In this document: positions 57,685 to 64,000 of the stretch, piece after piece | Layout: each line of letters begins with the position of its first letter | How positions within the stretch are numbered: position 1 is the first letter of the stretch | Assembly (NCBI GenBank): GCA_030141605.1 | Contig: JAQGDQ010000385.1 | Coordinates: forward strand, 62,001-126,000 | From: Tubiluchus corallicola | Taxonomy: Eukaryota > Animalia > Priapulida | DNA length: 64,000 nucleotides | Direction: 5' to 3' | Translations under genes and position numbers: made by a program | The notes under the pieces: generated by a model | Told to the model about the DNA's origin: nothing | Seen by the model: only the letters and a program-made list of their open reading frames with translations | Databases searched by the model: none

Positions 57685-58082
<398 letters not shown>

Positions 58083-61000
58083 TGCCTATTTACTACATGG
58101 CCTAAAAGTTGTGGATTTCGATGTAATTTTATGGGTTGAAAGGTTGATTTCGTATAAATTCTCAGTTGCGGAGGAAACAAATTGCACTGCAAGTGATGAA
58201 AGATGATAGAATGTAAAACATGATAACAGAGTAATAAATGAAGTAAGCTTTCATTTTATTGTATTAATTGAAATCAAGAAAGACCATTTACAAACTAAAA
58301 TATTAATTACAAAGTTTAACAAAAATATTTTCGTGGTTGTTTTGTTTTGTAACCAATATGCGAAAACCGTTTCTAATCAATAGTAATCCGAGATTTTTCA
58401 GTAAGGATAATCAGTAAAATAAAAAAGTCTATAGTATAAGCTGTAAGGCTATACCTTACGATCAAATTTTCCTTGCAAAGACCCCGCGCCTTGCTGTGAC
58501 TACTCATCCATTTCACTTTATAAATCCTCTGTCATTTCACATTTTGAAAGGCATAAATGTTGCTTGCCGGTACAATATAAGATTTATCCGTACAGACTGC
58601 AGGTGGGCTTTGATTTGCCCAGAGGGAACTTATCTTTGTGACATTTGCAAGAGCGAGCATGATGTCACCGTTTAAAAATAAAAGCTAAACAGTTTATGCT
58701 TGTGTGTAGCTCGCTGCCGGTCTGAAATTACCGAGCGTAAAAGACGTTTGTGTCTTGCGCTATTTTCAAGAGAGATTTGTCTTTTGTCTCTGACGTTAGA
58801 AATATGCGGCAGTTCTTCTCGATCGCCAACGATGATCGATGGAGTGCAGAACGGGCTATTATCTGTATGATGATGATTCTATGATAAAGCCTATAACTTA
58901 CCGAATGACGTGATTCATAAGCTAATTTGCACGGCATTTAGGATTTGACTAACAACGAAGCTGACAGGAATAAACAGGTGCTGAACAGTTTTCTTCTGCG
59001 CCTAGTTTTGTCTTTTTTCTGAAGATTTTTTAAGCAAAATGCGGTCTCATTTACAAAGCTCATAAAACTTTTTACGGTCGCCCATGGTATTTGTCAGCGT
59101 TCATAATTCACGCAAAAATTTCATTGTGCGAATGCTGTTACAAAGACGACCTGTTTAATATTTTAAACGACTTTGAGCTAAAATAACGAAGAATGGGACG
59201 TGTTTGGTCTGTCCGTGTGTGGGCAAACATTAGCGCGTTTATTATGGTCTAATATTTAATCTGTTTTTGAAGGTAAACAGCAGAAAACAACGTAACCGTT
59301 CCAACGAGTTTTTATAACTTCTGTGAGAGCATTCGAGCGAATAGCCCCATCCTAAACCTTCCATTATTGGCAATGATTATACAGTACATAATTTCATAGA
59401 CGGAATAATAATAAGACTTTATAGCAAAACACGACTTAACTAGGTGTGTTAGTGTGCATCTTTTCTGTTCAGTACAGCAACAACAACAGTCAAATTTGTA
59501 ACAGCAGGCCCAGTCAGGCGGATGTCGACCGTGTTAATCTTTTCGGTGGTATAGAACTTTCTTTGAATTGGAATTAATCGGCGTGGGCATGTTTGCCCGC
59601 CATCCTGCTGAGTTGAAAACGTAACTCTTTCATGGAGAAATGCTCCAGCTGTTGTTAATATTATAAGAAGGAAAATACCCGGAAATATCACTTTGGATAA
59701 AAATTTAATATGCCTCCGTCATTGTACAAGTGACCTTGGAGCGTTTCCTAAAACTGTTCAGCTTTTTTTCATTTTCTAGAGTTTCAAGCGACATTTTAAC
59801 AAAAAAAGGTCAGTGTTTTAAAATAAAACCATGATTTTCAGCAGCCATAGTGCTATTATCATCTAAGTGCGCTAGTTAATACAGAAAATGGTTCTATTTG
59901 CACGTTTTTTGTTTTCACTGCGTAAAGAAAAAATAAATGTAAAACAAAAGTTGTTTTTGTTCGTTTTTGTGACTTAAATAGAAGTGCTTATGTAGATTAA
60001 TGCCGAGCTATGTTTTGTTGGGTTAAGCAAACGAATCCATTGGCCATTTTTCCCTTGGCCTAAAATATGATACACAAATGTGCCCCTCCTGTTTACACGC
60101 GTCATATTATATTAGCTATTTGAGACTCCGCTGGTCTCCAACATGTAACGATGTTGAAAAAATGCGCCGCTGTAGGTCGATAATATATGTGCTTTGCACA
60201 TGTATGCTGAACAAACGCAAATAAACATGCAAACATAAACAAACACTTATATCTTTTGGATTCACTCATTTCCTTCCAGCCAGTTATTTTATGGCGAACA
60301 AAGCAAAAAAGTCGAAAAAGTTTTATAACCCCATCAAACCGACTTTATTGCAAATATTACTGGATGTTTTTGTCTGCAGTGATCCATACTGAATTAAAGA
60401 TACAGGATGCAGTGCACATTGTGACAATTTTCCATGCATGTACTCAAACGTATGTAAGGCGGTAGCATAGCATCTTGTAGCATGTATAAAAATTAATAAA
60501 AAGGAGTGCCTGTTGATTTTTTCTGCGTCAGTGCACGACTCTTCACGGGTGAATTCACCATTTTGCCATAAAAGCCTCTGTTTCAATACATGAGGTTATT
60601 TACAAGCACGTGTAGTAGTAGACTAAGCCAGCTTTGGAACTAGGTAGTCAACATAAGCTAACGTAAAATGCCAAATTATGAAGCAGATTCCTACACGCTT
60701 TCAATTCTTAACTTGGTTTTCAGCTATTAACGTTTAAGAAATTTTAGTCTCAGTCTGGTGACCATTAATATCGACCTCTCATTTCCAGTTGCACTAATGG
60801 ATTTATACTTATTTTTCTTTAACCAGTCAGACTTTGGGAGCAAACACGTGTCAGTCCAAAGACATTCTAATTCTACCGACGTGGCCGCCAACGGTTGAAA
60901 TTGTAATGGAATTTTCGCCAAACGTTTATTCTGTTGTCAAACGAAGTTTAATTATTCGTTAGAATCCAGCGGCAGAGGATCCCGTTTAATCCCAGGTAGA

Positions 61001-64000
61001 TAGATTTACCAGACGTCCATCTCATTACTTTGATACTGTAAACATTGTAATGTAGCCTTGAAGTTTAGGTTGAGAAGAAGTGCGCAAAACCATGAATTCA
61101 CACTTTGAGGCAAGGTGAATTCCCAAGTCTTCCATTCCTAAGGCTAAATACGTATCTGCAAAAAAATTATGAACAAACAATGTCAAACATGCTGTTAATT
61201 TCACCGAATATACCAAGCGCAGCGTCGAACTGCACTGCATTCACATTTCAATCACCAAAAGGTAACGAAAAATTGATTTCGAATTTCACAATGAAGTACT
61301 ACTTAAAATTTGGCTTCATCGTTAAGCCTTTGGGAAACAGCGAAGCCTGATGTTTTAGTTAAGTAACTCTTATGATACCCACATGACAGTTTGGCTAACG
61401 TGAGCAAGAATTAAGACAGAATAAGATAAGAATTTGTATTTTTCACTAATTGTATGCAGCAAACTTTTGGTGAGTTATATAAGAAAGCTCAGTGATAAAT
61501 ATCACAAACAGTATATGGTAGTTTTATTAGCAGGAATTCAAGCTTGACCTACTTCTTCTAGTAACTGAAGCCAACGTTTAGTATCTTCTTTCCACATAGA
61601 CTTTGGTACTAAACGTCAACACATTTCAAAACATGAAACATCTACTTCTTTTGAAAGGCTTGTTATTAAGCCGCACATAAATATGTGCATGTTGTCCACA
61701 AGGGACTGCTTGTAGTTTCAATCAACAATTAAGTGATTAAATTCAATAAAAATTTAAGTACTACGTAAAAAGCTGCGCTCACATTTGCACTGAAACGAAA
61801 ACAACAACGATAATCACAACTTATAAATTTACGTGTGCTCAGAATCGGTAACACGATTGTCCTGCCATTCCATTTGTTGTTCATCTTCCCGGATAGTGGC
61901 GAACAAAGCTCTAAATTGCTGGTGTGCTTTAAATGTGACAGCCCTTAACGTGATTGTAGCTCAAGTCTGGTATCATGCTTTGCATATAAACACAGCTTAT
62001 GGCAGTAATATATTCTAAATGCGAATGCGGATTTAGAATGTAGAAGTAATTTTTGTAATTTGAATTAAATGTAGTATAAACCTGGGTACAACAATTACGC
62101 CACAGTAAATTGTGGCAGTGAACGTAACTTTGTTAGAAAACAAATTTTAAATGTGCTTGCAACTAAATTGAGCACCACCTTCGTGTAAAATTGGGTAATA
62201 ATGACTTCGTGTTTTAAATGTGTGGGTAAAGATATACACGGTGAGGAACATACATTGTTAGATTGTCAACTTACTGAACGTTTTAGAAACCAGTCATTTA
62301 ACAATACGTTTGATTTAATGAGCTCAACAAATTACTTTACCTTGCTTTTTTGAAAAGTTTTAAGTCTATTTAAATAATAAAGTAGCTCTGGTCTTATTTG
62401 AATCCAGCAGCATGCATACATAGTATTTGTTACACAGAGTCACCATTGTGACACTTGCATAAACACATAAAGGCAGATACACATGACTTGCGTATAAGCG
62501 TCGAACGCGCGTGTGTACATCGTGCGCTCAAAAACACGATAATAATCACCTTTGCACGAAAAGAGCGGCCGGGAAAAGTGTCATAAGCAAAGCATGATGC
62601 AATTATTTAACGTTATTCTTTGAGCTGTTTTCCCGAAGGTGTTGTTAGCCTGACAATCTATACGGCTACACGTTATGGTTTGTTTGCTGGCTTCTTGTCA
62701 ATTGCGTCTGAATTGGGAGTTATGGTAAGCAGAAAATATTATACACAGATGGTTACACACGTAATATCATTTGGAGGAAAAGAGTTTTGCAATAATGAAG
62801 TGCAATTTAGAGGTTAAATTGGGTAAACCACCTGAGTAATATTCTTTATACATTGATCTTGTTCTAATCCTAGTGGGAGAGCTGCAGGAATTGTAATGGA
62901 AAAAAGAAAAGCGGTGTAGAAACTACGCGTTGAGTGACTCATTGATTAAGGAGAGAAATTCTAGTCGCTTCTTATTTTTCGTCAGTTTTCGTTTTTTACT
63001 GAGAACATTGGCTTTTTGTCACAGATCAGAAATGCAATGCAAGGAAAATTGTAATTGATGCGTATTTTTTAAAATTGAGATTTTTCTAAATTGAAAGCAT
63101 CAGATTGTGGACGAAGTTTCAAGTTGACAGGTGGGCAGGATACAATTTGGTCAAAAAATACAACTTTCTGAAGATTCAGTTCAGTTTTCAGTGCGCATTT
63201 TCGTTTTGTGACTAGTAAACAGATTTATTGTTTAAATGTCATTGCTTTTTGATAGCACTAAATGAAACAATAGAGCTTATGTGAGGCTAGGTTCATGTTT
63301 ATATAAACTTGATTAGCATTGTACAAGACATGCAGAACTTACGTTGAATGTGTGCAGTTGGCTTTAACTATATGACTGGTTACTAGTGTAGGGGTGACTT
63401 AATTCCCCGTGGATACTTCTGCACACCGACAAAGAAATATACGAAGCAGTCCAATGAAATTCGTTGCCAGCTGTCTCCCATATACTACCCGCTGAACATT
63501 TTTCATAATAACATTCATTTGAATATATGCCTTAGAACTGAATGATAGCCAGTCTGTAATAGTTTATCACTCCCACAGTGCTAAACCCAGGGGTACGTGT
63601 AACTTAAGTAAAAGATGGTCTCTATAAATAAACAGCAGTGTATCATTTCATATGTGGTATGATAAGTGATTCTGCGCCCACCCCTAAACTTTGGTGGTGG
63701 TTCAATTTGGACATCAGTCCTCATACATTTTTTTGTCCATTGTCGTAGTAGCTCCTGTTGCGTCCTATCGGCAGTGGCCGAATCTTGCTAATTTGTGCGA
63801 TAGGCGTCGCTACATTCGTTTTCAGCCTGTACATATAATAATAAGCAAATGTTGCAAGTGAGACCTGCCAGAGATGCTATAACTTGAGAAATGTAAACTT
63901 GTGTCGGAATTTCAGTCTAAATGCATGACCAAGGTCAGCCGAAAAGCGGCTGATGCGTGCGCTATATTACTGGCGTTTTAACTGGACTCTGGTTTCCACT

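Noticed and set aside
59449-59691. Minus-strand ORF with a signal-peptide-like N-terminus
   Set aside because: GTG start, short, and no recognisable domain. Hydrophobic stretches are common in AT-rich chance ORFs.
63588-63686. CAGGGGT...ACCCCTA possible small MITE
   Set aside because: Only a 6-bp inverted match and no TSD.

Overview
AT-rich animal (probably invertebrate) genomic DNA with no prokaryotic features. The only host coding sequence I can support is a 73-nt first coding exon at 12745-12817 (+). It encodes MTRRKQARPRHFHEQLDSTFVLEN(G) and is followed by a phase-1 GTGAGT donor. This is the N-terminal NuRD-recruiting motif (MSRRKQxxP) of Spalt/SALL-type zinc-finger repressors, too short to appear in the ORF track. 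A GC-box/Inr/TATA promoter region lies at about 11880-12100. The remaining ~51 kb appears to be one very long first intron, with no zinc-finger exon visible. Mobile DNA includes two TSD-flanked hAT-type MITEs, a TSD-flanked internally deleted (bipartite) RTE element, two related CCHC-bearing LINE 3' remnants, a CR1/L2-group LINE end and tRNA-like SINE-head remnants. Repeats include 57-, 25-, 24-, 21- and 39-bp tandem repeats, a perfect 144-bp palindrome and many microsatellites. Nearly all ORFs in the track are microsatellite or chance ORFs. I found no convincing novel multi-gene system. The most notable items are the hidden Sall-like exon and its regulatory intron, the bipartite RTE element and the perfect palindrome.
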